This document shows, piece by piece, positions 8,805-19,700 of a stretch of DNA of 64,000 bases (the first letter of the stretch is position 1; each line of letters opens with the position of its first letter). Origin of the DNA: Cenarchaeum sp. (GTDB lineage Archaea; Thermoproteota; Nitrososphaeria; Nitrososphaerales; Nitrosopumilaceae); the NCBI GenBank assembly GCA_965212015.1, contig OZ243037.1, forward strand, positions 736,001-800,000. The letters are read 5' to 3'. The position numbers and the translations under genes are program-made. Below the pieces are notes generated by a model, which worked only from the letters and a program-made list of their open reading frames with translations, searched no databases and was not told the origin of the DNA.

Positions 8805-10001
8805 ATGAAAAATCCGTTTACCCCAGGTTCCGGGTTGGATCCCCCGTATTTGGCCGGTCGTGATACTGAGATGGAAGAATTCTTGCAAATGCTGTACAAT
8901 ATCAAAAACGGAGATGTTGAAAACCTAATGATGTACGGAATTCGGGGGGTGGGAAAAACTGTTCTTTTGAACAAATTTGCTAAACTCTGTATCAAGGAGA
9001 ATTTTCTTCCCGTGACACAGTTTCAATACAGTGAACGGTTTGCAAGCTCGAAGGAATTTATTGGGATTTTCAAGCATGATCTGGATCATGCAATTAAGAC
9101 CTTTTCAAAGGTGGAAAAGACAAAGGGCAAGATTCAATCCACTGCCAAATATCTGAAACCTGCAGATATTGGAATGCCGGGAGTAATATCCTATAAGCCA
9201 TCATATGATTCGGATGACCAGACTCCGCTGATGCATCAGATCATAAACCATATGGATAAAAAATGGAGTGTCATCAAAAACAGCAACTATGACGGCGTGG
9301 TTTTTCTCTTTGATGAGTTTCATACCGTCTATGACATAAAGGAAAAACGGTATACACTTGCGGATTTTATCGGAGCCCTGAACGAGATACAGAGGAAGGG
9401 ACGCCCATATTCGGCAGTTCTGTGCGGCCTACCCACCCTTCCAATCAATCTCAAAGCGGCACGCTCTTATTCTGAAAGAATGTTCAAAACGATGCAAATA
9501 TCCAACCTTGATGAGAATGATGCCATAAAGGCGATCACCAAACCACTTGAAAAAACCGATTGGAGTTTTTCTGATGATCTGATATCTGCAATAGTGCAGG
9601 ATACTGACCGATACCCATATTTCATCCAGTTTTATTCCAAGGAGATCATCAACAGGGTTAGGAAAAAAGACATTGGGTTGGAAGATTATACGGTAGTCAA
9701 AGTACATATAATGAAAAAGCTGGGAAAGAGTTTTTTTGATCAGCGTATGGGATCTCTAACTGATCTACAAAAAAAATTATTATACACCATGGCCAAGTTG
9801 GAAAAAACTGATATGGCGTTTGGTTTAATCCATGAATCGACAAATATGGGTAAGGGAGTACTTGGAACGAATCTGCGCCGCCTGGAGGACAGGGGTACGG
9901 TCTACAAACAGGCACATGGAGTTTACCGGTTCTCCATACCTCTGTTTCGGACGTATCTTTTAGAGCAAATTCGATCTCAAAACCCATTCGAAATAGAATA
10001 A
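8805..10001 (+). CDS. Archaeal-type AAA/STAND ATPase with C-terminal winged helix
   Basis: NPFTPG..PPYLAGRD, Walker A GIRGVGKT, Walker B FLFDEFH, YPYFIQ; start at MKNPF chosen. Confidence 0.88.
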   Translation: MKNPFTPGSGLDPPYLAGRDTEMEEFLQMLYNIKNGDVENLMMYGIRGVGKTVLLNKFAKLCIKENFLPVTQFQYSERFASSKEFIGIFKHDLDHAIKTFSKVEKTKGKIQSTAKYLKPADIGMPGVISYKPSYDSDDQTPLMHQIINHMDKKWSVIKNSNYDGVVFLFDEFHTVYDIKEKRYTLADFIGALNEIQRKGRPYSAVLCGLPTLPINLKAARSYSERMFKTMQISNLDENDAIKAITKPLEKTDWSFSDDLISAIVQDTDRYPYFIQFYSKEIINRVRKKDIGLEDYTVVKVHIMKKLGKSFFDQRMGSLTDLQKKLLYTMAKLEKTDMAFGLIHESTNMGKGVLGTNLRRLEDRGTVYKQAHGVYRFSIPLFRTYLLEQIRSQNPFEIE

Positions 10002-10016
10002 AATCCGATCCTCCAA

Positions 10017-10600
10017 AAGTTGACAAAGTTCACAGAGTTGACAAATTGGGGATGCTAGTGGGCAGGTGTGGTGCAGTCTGTAAAGCCCGAATTGGAGCCA
10101 AAAGTTGACAAAGTTCACAGAGTTGACAAAGTTCACAGAGTTGACAAAGTTGACAAATTGGGGATGCTAGTGGGCAGGTGTGGTGCAGTCTGTAAAGCCC
10201 GAATTGGAGCCAAAAGTTGACAAAGTTCACAGAGTTGACAAAGTTCACAGAGTTGACAAAGTTGACAAATCGGGGATGCTAGTGGGCAGGTGTGGTGCAG
10301 TCTGTAAAGCCCGAATTGGAGCCAAAAGTTGACAAAGTTCACAGAGTTGACAAAGTTCACAGAGTTGACAAAGTTGACAAATCGGGGATGCTAGTGGGCA
10401 GGTGTGGTGCAGTCTGTAAAGCCCGAATTGGAGCCAAAAGTTGACAAAGTTCACAGAGTTGACAAAGTTCACAGAGTTGACAAAGTTGACAAATCGGGGA
10501 TGCTAGTGAGCAGGTGTGGTGCAGTCTGTAAAGCCCGAATTGGAGCCAAAAGTTGACAAAGTTCACAGAGTTGACAAAGTTGACAAATTGGGGATGCCTA
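10017..10600. repeat. Hierarchical tandem repeat, about 5 x 112 bp, with nested 9/18-bp subrepeats (box B)
   Basis: GGGGATGCTAGTGGGCAGGTGTGGTGCAGTCTGTAAAGCCCGAATTGGAGCCA recurs at 10048, 10160, 10272, 10384 and 10496, separated by runs of AAAGTTGAC/AAAGTTCAC/AGAGTTGAC. Confidence 0.93.
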
Positions 10601-10701
10601 GAAAGTTGGCAAATTCAGGAAAAACGCCCAGATGGGGATCTGGGCGCAAAGTAGACAAATCAGGAGAGGCTGCAAGGCCATAGGGTTCAGAAATACATCT
10701 G

Positions 10702-10764
10702 CCTAGTATGAAAAAGTCTTCCAAAACCGACCCAGATTGACGCCTAGGCTCTGCCGGCAATGTC
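10702..10764. repeat. Dispersed repeat 'box A', copy 3
   Basis: 62/63 identical to 2059-2121. Confidence 0.9.
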
Positions 10765-10899
10765 TCCAAAAATTCCTGACCAGTGCCAAAAGTTGGCAAA
10801 GTTGGCAAATCGGGAATGGTGCCCAGAAAGTTGGCAGATCAGGAATCTGAGGAGCAAGATATGGCGGTGTTCATAAACCACGAATTGGTCCAAATCATC

Positions 10900-11544
10900 T
10901 TACTGGATTAGCTGTCGTTCGTATGTCTCTACAAGTTTTATTATGTCGTCATAGTAGACCTGGATTTTCTTTTCCAAGTGCTCTGTCAAATCCTTGCTAT
11001 GTGCAGGAATATTTCTGCACGACGCTAACTCGGACAATTTTACCCTTAATGCATCCTTGTCGTGAAATATGTTCTCAAAGTATTTCTTCCAGTTATTGTC
11101 GAATAATATCAACTGAAGATCTGAGAAATAGACCTCGTCTATGAGCTTATAGTCTGGGATTAGAAGAACTTTCTTGTATTTTTCGCCCCTTTGTTTCTCG
11201 ATTGCTACTTTTTCCTTTACTTTGGGGTGGATCTTGTTGTTCCACCAATCAGGATCATCCCTAGACAATTCCTGAACGATCAATTTGCGCATCTTGATCT
11301 CAAGACTTGAGATAAGATCCATGGAAGACATATAGGCCGTTTCTGTTCCTATGTACTTGACACGGCCTGATTGTTCGTCTTCGCATTTTACCTTTATGCC
11401 AAGATCATGCTTGGCATCCTTGGTTATAATCTCCTTGACGTAGCATGGAATCATATCCGGATTTTCATCTTCCTTGATCATGACTCGCATGCCGATCCTG
11501 ATATTGGCTCTGTAGTGTGGATCCTGGGATCCTTTTTGAATCAT
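10900..11544 (-). CDS. YwbE/DUF2196-like domain fused to a Swt1-like HEPN domain
   Basis: N-terminal RANIRIGMRV...VKEIIT...H..GIKV..ED...GRV; C-terminal LEIKMRKLI...DWW...RNIPAH (RxxxxH). Confidence 0.72.
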   Translation of the reverse strand: MIQKGSQDPHYRANIRIGMRVMIKEDENPDMIPCYVKEIITKDAKHDLGIKVKCEDEQSGRVKYIGTETAYMSSMDLISSLEIKMRKLIVQELSRDDPDWWNNKIHPKVKEKVAIEKQRGEKYKKVLLIPDYKLIDEVYFSDLQLILFDNNWKKYFENIFHDKDALRVKLSELASCRNIPAHSKDLTEHLEKKIQVYYDDIIKLVETYERQLIQ

Positions 11545-11551
11545 CCTATTA

Positions 11552-14104
11552 TCACAGGTCGGATTCTGCTCCAATCTGCTTGAGAGTTTCTTTGATCGAA
11601 TCAATATTGTTCTTGGACATTTTTCCATCGGAAGCCATGACATGTAGCTTGAGGATATGATAATGACTTTCTATCATCAATAGCATTTGGCTTATGTTAT
11701 TGACCTGTCCTTCGGGAATATTGAATGTAAAATCAAGTTGTTGTTGATCCAATTCTGATGGTGGTTCGGATTTGGCATCGTGTGATCGTTGATGTGTTTC
11801 CAAATTTGCTTTGTCACTTGTCTTGTATCCACAATTACTGCACACATATTCCTCCTGTTCTTCCTTACAGAGTGATTCATGAATTAATAATTCTCCGGGC
11901 CCAAAGCTTACCAACACTGGTTTTTTGAATGATTTGACAACTAGCACACCATTTCTGTTTTCACCCAGTCCAAATTCCCCATTCAATACGCCATCGGATA
12001 TGGTCTTTTCAAGAACTGACTTGTTTACGGGTCTAAGCTCCCCTGGAACTGCCAGCATGGACTTGAGGAGATCCGACGTCTCGATGGTTTTTTTGTCTTG
12101 AAGATACTTGGTTTTCAATGTCAGCGCACCGATGACCGGATTTATCGCCTCTTTGTTCAAAAGATGTTCATACATTATGTGATCAATTCCGCTGTCTGTA
12201 ACCGGAGGAGGCCTTACCTGACTTGGTTCCAACCCATCACTTTCCGGTATGTACAACACGCTATAATAGTCATTTATCAGACTGCCGAGTCGCTCGTCTT
12301 CTTTTTTTAGTTCGTGTGAAAGTGTAGCTGATTGTTCCCTATTTAACCGGATATATTGATCTTCCTTGATTTTCTCCCATGCTATCTTGCTCTTGAGTGA
12401 CTCCATGAATTGCCTCTTCTCGGCATCAGAGGGAACCAGAAAAAACACATTGTTCCTATAAGTACGATCGGATTCACCAACTCTGTCATATATCTGATGG
12501 ATTAGATCCTGGTCATCTTTCTTCATTATGACCAGCTTGAGCTGCGCCAAATCTTCTATGTCTTTCGAATTAGATGGCCAAAGAATTGTTCGTAATTCTC
12601 TAGTTCCGCCTATGCGTTTTTTGATTAGGTTCTTTTCTGCCTCATCTATGTCATTTTGCTTAAGATTGTCCATCACATCTACTTTGATCTTCAGTATGTT
12701 GGCCTCCTTGGTAAACATGTATCTGTCATTTGTCACAGTCAAATAGAACAGATTGTTTCTAAACAAATTCAATATGCCGCTTATCTGTGCTGCTGGAATA
12801 TCACGATCACATGTTGCTCTCTTTATCTCTGCCTCTGTAGCTCCGTTGATCTCCGCCCCACCCGAATGAGTGTACATAAAAATTGCCGCGGCCGCCCGCG
12901 TTCCGAGTGTTTTGCCACGAAATTGATCCGGAACCATTTCATTAACCCTGTATGCGCCGGATCCTTTTCCCACCATGTCCTTTGCAATCACGCCATTAAA
13001 CTCTGGCTCGTTTATGTAACCTACAAGCTCTTGTCGGATCGCATCATTGCTCAAGTCAAAGTCTCCTAGACTGATAAACTGTTTATCGGTTTTGGACAGT
13101 GAACCTACAACTAGGGATAACAGACGAAGGACTCCTCTAGTTCTCTGAAAGCGCCCTATTGTACCCCATCGATGATACAATACATTGATCACTTGGGGAA
13201 GAAATGGATAGCTGTTGAGGAATTCTTTTCGATATTCTGATACATGTTTTCCTTCAGGGATCAATTTCTCGTTGTCACAATAATCTACAAAATCTTTTAC
13301 AACTCCTTCTGCCCTTTCACGAATCTCAGCATCTGGAGTAGAAAACAGTCTCTGCCTGATTATTCGCGGAACGTCCTCATCAGATACCGGAGTTATGCTA
13401 TCTTTGGTTCTTCCCGCCACTTTTACCAGCATTTCGTACAGCTTGGCTGATCGTTCATCATCAAGCTGTTCATTTGCGCTGGACGGTAGTGTGGCCACAA
13501 CACATACGTTGTCCAAGTTTTTCACTGCTTCGCTGAGCTCATGCACGAATGCAATAGTGAGAATTGCAAGTGTGGTATTGTTTATTTTGACTCCTTCTGC
13601 TCTGACAACATACTGTAGTAATTCATCGATCAAGATCAGGATCGGCCTGTCTTGTTCTTCTAGCATCTTTCTAAGCTCTTCACTGCCATGCGAAACCCGT
13701 TCTTTGAATCGATTTATTTTACCAGTCAGTTGTTCTTCGATCATTCCCCAAAGTGTTTGTTCATTTGGATTCAATTTGGTGCCTACCAAAACTACCGGTT
13801 TGACATTCCATTCAGCACATTTGTGATACAATGCGATGAGTGTGTGTGTCTTACCCCCTCCGAATGGAGTATGTATGGATCGAAAATGTCCTCCACCGCG
13901 TCCGTCAAGTCGATCTTTTACAGAATCAAGTATCTTCGTCAGGTTACTTGTCAGATATGTTTTCTCAAAAAATGTCTTGGCATCGACATATTCGTCACGG
14001 CCCTTACCTATATGAACATCCCATAGATCTGCTGCATATACCTCGGCCGAATAATTGGCAGAAAGGATGTCTTGATGGGGTACTGCAATCTGATGAAATG
14101 CCAT
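11552..14104 (-). CDS. DUF499-family AAA+ ATPase
   Basis: YAADL, FFEKTYLT, TPFGGGKTHTLIALYH, ILIDELLQY, YPF, FQRTRGVLRLL. Confidence 0.9.
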   Translation of the reverse strand: MAFHQIAVPHQDILSANYSAEVYAADLWDVHIGKGRDEYVDAKTFFEKTYLTSNLTKILDSVKDRLDGRGGGHFRSIHTPFGGGKTHTLIALYHKCAEWNVKPVVLVGTKLNPNEQTLWGMIEEQLTGKINRFKERVSHGSEELRKMLEEQDRPILILIDELLQYVVRAEGVKINNTTLAILTIAFVHELSEAVKNLDNVCVVATLPSSANEQLDDERSAKLYEMLVKVAGRTKDSITPVSDEDVPRIIRQRLFSTPDAEIRERAEGVVKDFVDYCDNEKLIPEGKHVSEYRKEFLNSYPFLPQVINVLYHRWGTIGRFQRTRGVLRLLSLVVGSLSKTDKQFISLGDFDLSNDAIRQELVGYINEPEFNGVIAKDMVGKGSGAYRVNEMVPDQFRGKTLGTRAAAAIFMYTHSGGAEINGATEAEIKRATCDRDIPAAQISGILNLFRNNLFYLTVTNDRYMFTKEANILKIKVDVMDNLKQNDIDEAEKNLIKKRIGGTRELRTILWPSNSKDIEDLAQLKLVIMKKDDQDLIHQIYDRVGESDRTYRNNVFFLVPSDAEKRQFMESLKSKIAWEKIKEDQYIRLNREQSATLSHELKKEDERLGSLINDYYSVLYIPESDGLEPSQVRPPPVTDSGIDHIMYEHLLNKEAINPVIGALTLKTKYLQDKKTIETSDLLKSMLAVPGELRPVNKSVLEKTISDGVLNGEFGLGENRNGVLVVKSFKKPVLVSFGPGELLIHESLCKEEQEEYVCSNCGYKTSDKANLETHQRSHDAKSEPPSELDQQQLDFTFNIPEGQVNNISQMLLMIESHYHILKLHVMASDGKMSKNNIDSIKETLKQIGAESDL

Positions 14105-14127
14105 AATGTCTTTTGAGAAAGGCCGGG

Positions 14128-16785
14128 TTAAAATATCTTGGTCTGATCTGGGTCATGTGATACGCCAAGAGAGCCTGTAAACATCCCATCAATCCAGATC
14201 TTCTCCTTACTTGCAGAGTCAGATAGTGACTCGGAGATGGCCTGTGCTACCCGTTTTAGAACCTCACTGTGCTTGTATCCTTTGGATGTCAGGAATTTCT
14301 CTGATTCTTCTGTCATTTGATTCCTCCACAGTATAAGGGCATGATGCAATATGTCTATCAGCTCACCAGAATCTTTCAAATTCTCGGATTCCCTCTCATC
14401 TGGGCCCGCCATATGCACGTATTCCTTGTCTTTTCTGATAAATCCTTTGTCCAACTCTTGTGTTAGATCAATTCCGACACTGTGTGCAAGCTTTAATGCA
14501 TCATCAAATGGTGCCTTGGCATCACCATGTGCCCATCTCCATAGTATGTAAAACCGAGTTAAAGGCGATATCTTGCCAGCAAACTCGCCTCGTATTACCT
14601 TGTCTATTGCATAATTGGTTACCATAGTTCTTGTGTCTTCAAGCAATTTCAAGATGGGTACATCTTTATCCTGGTTGTCTATGACCTTGTCATATTTTCC
14701 GTACACTTCTATGGCAGATCCTATAGATGCAATAAAAAAATCAGCGCCCGCGATCTTCTCATTCCATAACTGATCTAGCTTTTTGTCAAGATATTGTTTT
14801 AGATCCCGCCTTATGTCTTGATAGAATCCTACTGGTTTCCTTTTCCATTTTCTGCACACCATATATATCGATGATAATAATGCAGCTGATTTGTTGGATC
14901 TCAATCTGCTTTTCATTTCCGTATGTATTGGCCATGCGGCTGTAACTACCAAACCAGCTTGAAGCAATGATTCAATTAATGTTTCCCAGCCATCAATGGA
15001 TTTGTGTGCATATACTATCACTGCTATGCCATTTGGTTTTAGAACTCGATGGATCTCTTGGAATGATTTTGCCAATGTTTCTTGAAAGAATTTTTTACCT
15101 GCTTCTATTCCACCAGGCCCGTTAGAGTACGTTACAATCTCATCACTCTTGGGAGTCAAAGGCGTTGAAAACATATCTGAAAATCTACTACCCATTATCC
15201 TCTTAAGCCACACGTAAAAGAAATCCGATAGATGAGAGTATGGAATATTGTCGTAATATGGTGGATCCGTAATCACTGCATCAAAGAACTCATTGGAGAA
15301 CGGCAATGCGGTAGCCGATGTACATTTTACGACTGCCGGTTTGGCGTCTATAATCGACAAATGCTCTAGCACTCCTAGAACCCATTTCTCCATGTTTGGC
15401 CAACCTATGCTAGTAAATGGATTAATTTCCGTATAGTCCCATATCATAGGTAATGCCAGACGACTAAAAATCTGTTCTACATTTTCTCTCGCCACATTAT
15501 ATCGAGCTAAATTAACATTCTTTGCTACAAGACGATCAAATATTATTCCCAGATATGGTAGAGTTTGTACATATTTGGGCGAATTTTCCTTCTCTATCAT
15601 TTTTGCAGCCTCGAGAATTTTTTCTACAAATGTAAGTTGAACGAGTTTTTGTCTATCGTTAAATAAATCTCCCCATGTATTCATATTATATAGTCTAATA
15701 GAAAATGCTCGTTCAGCACCACTACCTTTTCCTTCGGGAGTGGATTCATTTGGTATTAGATCAACACCATATTTTTGTTGGATTCTTCTTTGTTTTTTCT
15801 TTAATGTCTGCCGAGCTTTTACAAACACATCTAGATGATTTTTGGTTGCAATCTTGTATGTTTTACCGGATCTCTCTTTGTTATTGATTATCACAACATT
15901 CATGTTTTCAGTATTTTCATTATTAGTAAATAGTGCCTTAACTCTGTCACCATCCATTCTATGACCGCATATCAAACAACTAGCCTTACCTCTGGATATC
16001 GTTCCCCTTTGTGGATCAAAATCTTGGGGAATTTCATCCTTTCCATATTCTGCAATCTTGAATGAGATCTTTTTGTTCTGAACAGAGGGCAGTAATACAA
16101 TTTTTTTATTCCGAGTTCTAACCAACCAAAATTGCATCATTAGAGGAATAGTTGCACCACATCTAGGATTTTGGCAAGGAATACATCTTGACCACATATA
16201 TCCTACAGGCTCTCCTTCTTTTTCAGTTGGAAAGAATGCTGCAAGATCTTTTTTTGCTTCTTCCAATACCCATTGACTCCATTTTTTTACACATATGATC
16301 AGAGGTGAATCCTCATGTTGTTTATGACCGTGATTTTGCATCCCTCCCAGAAACGGATATTCTATGGCAGCTTTCACGATCAGACTGGCTACAGGGTTAT
16401 AATCTGATGCATATGTCTCACATCCCAATCGTAGAGCTTCTAGTGGTATACTCCCTCCTCCTGCAAACGGGTCAAGCACTCTAGGTGGTGTCTTGTTGTA
16501 ATCCATTATGCGTTTTCTTGCTCTGTCTACCAATTCGGAACGTATTGGATTTGACCACCTTGACAGTTCGGCAATCTCTTGCTTTAGGGTTTCCACTTCC
16601 TTCTTATTCTTTGGAGCAGGAATTAGTGATGCATATATGGTTGCCCGTGACGCTGCAAGAGGACGCCTTGCCCACCACAAATGCATGGTGGATATGTGTC
16701 CATGTCTTACGCTCTTGTCTCTAATTGATTCCTCACTGACCTTCTCAACTGGAAAATGTTCTTCGATGAATCGCCTTTCTGTCAT
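14128..16785 (-). CDS. DUF1156-family adenine DNA methyltransferase
   Basis: HLWWARRPLAASRA, LDPFAGGGSIPLEALRLG, TDPPYYDN, SDFFYVWLKR. Confidence 0.92.
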   Translation of the reverse strand: MTERRFIEEHFPVEKVSEESIRDKSVRHGHISTMHLWWARRPLAASRATIYASLIPAPKNKKEVETLKQEIAELSRWSNPIRSELVDRARKRIMDYNKTPPRVLDPFAGGGSIPLEALRLGCETYASDYNPVASLIVKAAIEYPFLGGMQNHGHKQHEDSPLIICVKKWSQWVLEEAKKDLAAFFPTEKEGEPVGYMWSRCIPCQNPRCGATIPLMMQFWLVRTRNKKIVLLPSVQNKKISFKIAEYGKDEIPQDFDPQRGTISRGKASCLICGHRMDGDRVKALFTNNENTENMNVVIINNKERSGKTYKIATKNHLDVFVKARQTLKKKQRRIQQKYGVDLIPNESTPEGKGSGAERAFSIRLYNMNTWGDLFNDRQKLVQLTFVEKILEAAKMIEKENSPKYVQTLPYLGIIFDRLVAKNVNLARYNVARENVEQIFSRLALPMIWDYTEINPFTSIGWPNMEKWVLGVLEHLSIIDAKPAVVKCTSATALPFSNEFFDAVITDPPYYDNIPYSHLSDFFYVWLKRIMGSRFSDMFSTPLTPKSDEIVTYSNGPGGIEAGKKFFQETLAKSFQEIHRVLKPNGIAVIVYAHKSIDGWETLIESLLQAGLVVTAAWPIHTEMKSRLRSNKSAALLSSIYMVCRKWKRKPVGFYQDIRRDLKQYLDKKLDQLWNEKIAGADFFIASIGSAIEVYGKYDKVIDNQDKDVPILKLLEDTRTMVTNYAIDKVIRGEFAGKISPLTRFYILWRWAHGDAKAPFDDALKLAHSVGIDLTQELDKGFIRKDKEYVHMAGPDERESENLKDSGELIDILHHALILWRNQMTEESEKFLTSKGYKHSEVLKRVAQAISESLSDSASKEKIWIDGMFTGSLGVSHDPDQTKIF

Positions 16786-19700
16786 GTAGATTTTTCCCGT
16801 ATCACTTCAGTGTCAACTATGTAATGTACGTCCTTCTTTGGGTTTATGGTGTGAGCCGGATCTTGGATTACTCTGGGCACCATATCAGTTTCTGGATGAT
16901 CCTTGGTGTTCCAGACCACGTACAGGTAATAGTCTGTTCCCAGATGCAGTGCCTTGAACCATTCATTGCGGGTGAGGGCTACCCTTCCCTCCTTGTGGCG
17001 ACCCTTTACTTCGATGTATCGAATCCCCCCATCACCAGTAGATTTTATGTCATATCCTAGACCTATGGTTTTTGATACGTCAGTAGGTTCCCTGCCATGT
17101 GCCCTCTCAAATTCCATGGCAGCCCTCATGGCAACCATTTCAGATTCCGTATTTTCTCTCATAGCATCAGGGATTACATCGGATGGTATCACTTTGATTA
17201 TTCCAAGAAATGTGGGCGTGCTAATTGTCAAATTTTTCTCTCTTTTTATGAGGTCTTCAAGGCGCTGCTTGCTGTCAATATACTGTCTCTGTCTTTCCTC
17301 CTTGCGCCTTATTGCAATGTCTACATTCTCCCCTTGTCTACGTCTTTCTCGAAGTGACAACAGATCCGCATCATGATCGTGGATAAGTTTCTGCATAGAC
17401 CGGATTCCATATTTTTCCTTGATCTGTGCCTGTCTCTCCCTTTCGTCTAGCAGTTCCTTTTGATAGTCCCTGAGTGTGGCTATTACCCCTGTTTGCACTG
17501 TAGCTTTCTGGCCCACTAGATCTACTGGTTCTGTATGTCCTCCTATCGAATCATCCAGATCCCACAGGATCGTAGTGGGTATGTGCTCTGCCGTGCCAGT
17601 TGCCGCATCCACATAATACGAGAACAGTCGCTTGCCTGCTATGCGTCCCGTACCATCCTGGATGATTCCCTCAAAGAACAACACCGTGCCGTTTAGCTGT
17701 CCAGAATGGTCCACAAACGTGGCTCCTCGTTGTAGGTTGGTGGTAAACTCCTTCGAGATCCACTCCAATACGGCCTCAAAGAGTGGATGTCCGAATGTAA
17801 GAAATTCAGCATCTTGATCCTTTGCACTGACCTCCTTACCGAAGGTTATCTTTCGGTATCCACTCTGTAATGTTCCAAATGATCTCCTGAAGTGATCCTC
17901 TCTTGCAATATTGCGAATCTGGTATGGAATAGAATCTATCGCATACAGTCCTCCCTGTCTAATTCTTATCTTGCCTTCAGCTTTGGCAAATGCTTTGATG
18001 AAAAAATCTGATGTATATTCAGGCATTAGTCTATTCTCTCTGGCCACCTCTTTAATGTCTCCAATCTTACGAAAATCTATGTTGCGGGTTGCTAGCGTGT
18101 CTGTCAAATTTTCCCTGATCTTTCGAATATAATCGTGATCTACAGTAATCTCCATCTCTTTTAGAACTTCTTCTTCTGTCTTTGCACCCATTGCTGCGTC
18201 TGACAATAGCTGCGCAAGATCCCGCCCATGGTATATGTCTCCTATTATATCATACACACGGTCACTACCCATTTTGGATCGTATTTCGGCCAGTTTTTCA
18301 AATAATCTCCTAAAGATCCTTCCCTCTATGGTATCTTGGGCCATCAGGTTGTAGACGAATACTTCGTATTTTTGTCCATATCTGTGGATTCTTCCCATCC
18401 TTTGTTCCAGTCTGTTTGGATTCCATGGTATGTCATAGTTTATCATTAGGTGGCAAAATTGCAAATTTATACCCTCTCCTGCAGCCTCTGTCGCAATCAT
18501 TACTCTGCTTTGATTCTTGAATGTCTTCTCTGCCTCTATCCTTTCGGCCAATTTCATGCCACCATGAATAGTGCTTACCATGTGACCCCAACTGATGACT
18601 CGTTTCTTGAGATACTCTAATGTATCCCTTGATTCCGTAAAGATGAGAATCTTGTCATTTACATGCTTTCTGTCAAGCTCCTCCATGGTTTGTTTGAGTG
18701 CCTTTAATTTTATTTCATGTTCACCATCAATCACGTCCTTGGCAACACCAATTAGCTCCTCTATCGTATGAATCTCTTTTCTGAGTTCATCCCTGTTCTC
18801 TGCTATGCTAAGAGTTTCCCATATTTGTTCGTGCTTCCACCTATCTTCCTCGCTCATATCTTCTACTTCTTCAAAGTCGACTACATTGGGCGCAGTCTGT
18901 TTAGATCTCTCAAAGTCTTTGAGCAGAACTGATAATCTGTCCCTCCTGCGCTGAAGTGATCTCCAAAGTGCAAAGCTACTGGATGCTAGTCGACGTTGAA
19001 GTACTATAACCGCAAACCCTATGTTTCTCTTCTTGTCTGGTGACAAGGCCTTGTTGAATTGGTTCCTGACGTATTCGGTCACACTTCTATACAGATCACG
19101 TTCTGGATTAGACAAACTGTAAGCCGGTGTAGAAACATGTCTGGGCAGGAATAAAGGCTTGCCATCAAAATCTTTCATGTCTTCCTTGATCTGTCTTAAG
19201 AAAAGCGTATTCTCGTCTTTTTTCAATGACTCCTCTAGCATCTCCGTGGTGGCAAAAAATCCAGGCTCCAGCAAATCTAGGAAAAGTCGAAAATTCTCAT
19301 TATCTCCTTTATGAGGTGTAGCTGTAAGGAATAACAAATGCTCCGAGTTAGTCGACAGTATCTCACCCAGTCTATATCTACTGGTTTTGGTAACTTTGTC
19401 GCCGTACCTGTACGCGGCCATCTTGTGAGCCTCATCTACTATAACTAGATCAAATTGAGCCGTCTGCATAGATGAAGCAACTTCTTCTCTCTTGGCAAAA
19501 TCTATCGATGTGATGAGCTGATTTTCCTTGTGCCAGACATTCTCTCCGTACAAAGCGTCTGTAGTTCCTCTGTCGGCGATCACGAACGACTCTTCAAATT
19601 TATCCTTCAACTCACGTCGCCATTGATCCTTGAGGTGTCCTGGTACGACAATCAATATTCTCCTTGCCAAGTGCCTCAGTTTCAGCTCTTTGATTATGAG

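Noticed and set aside
10030-10808. Series of Cys-rich ORFs (CQLCELC...)
   Set aside because: Translations of the 112-bp non-coding repeat in shifting frames, not metallothionein-like genes
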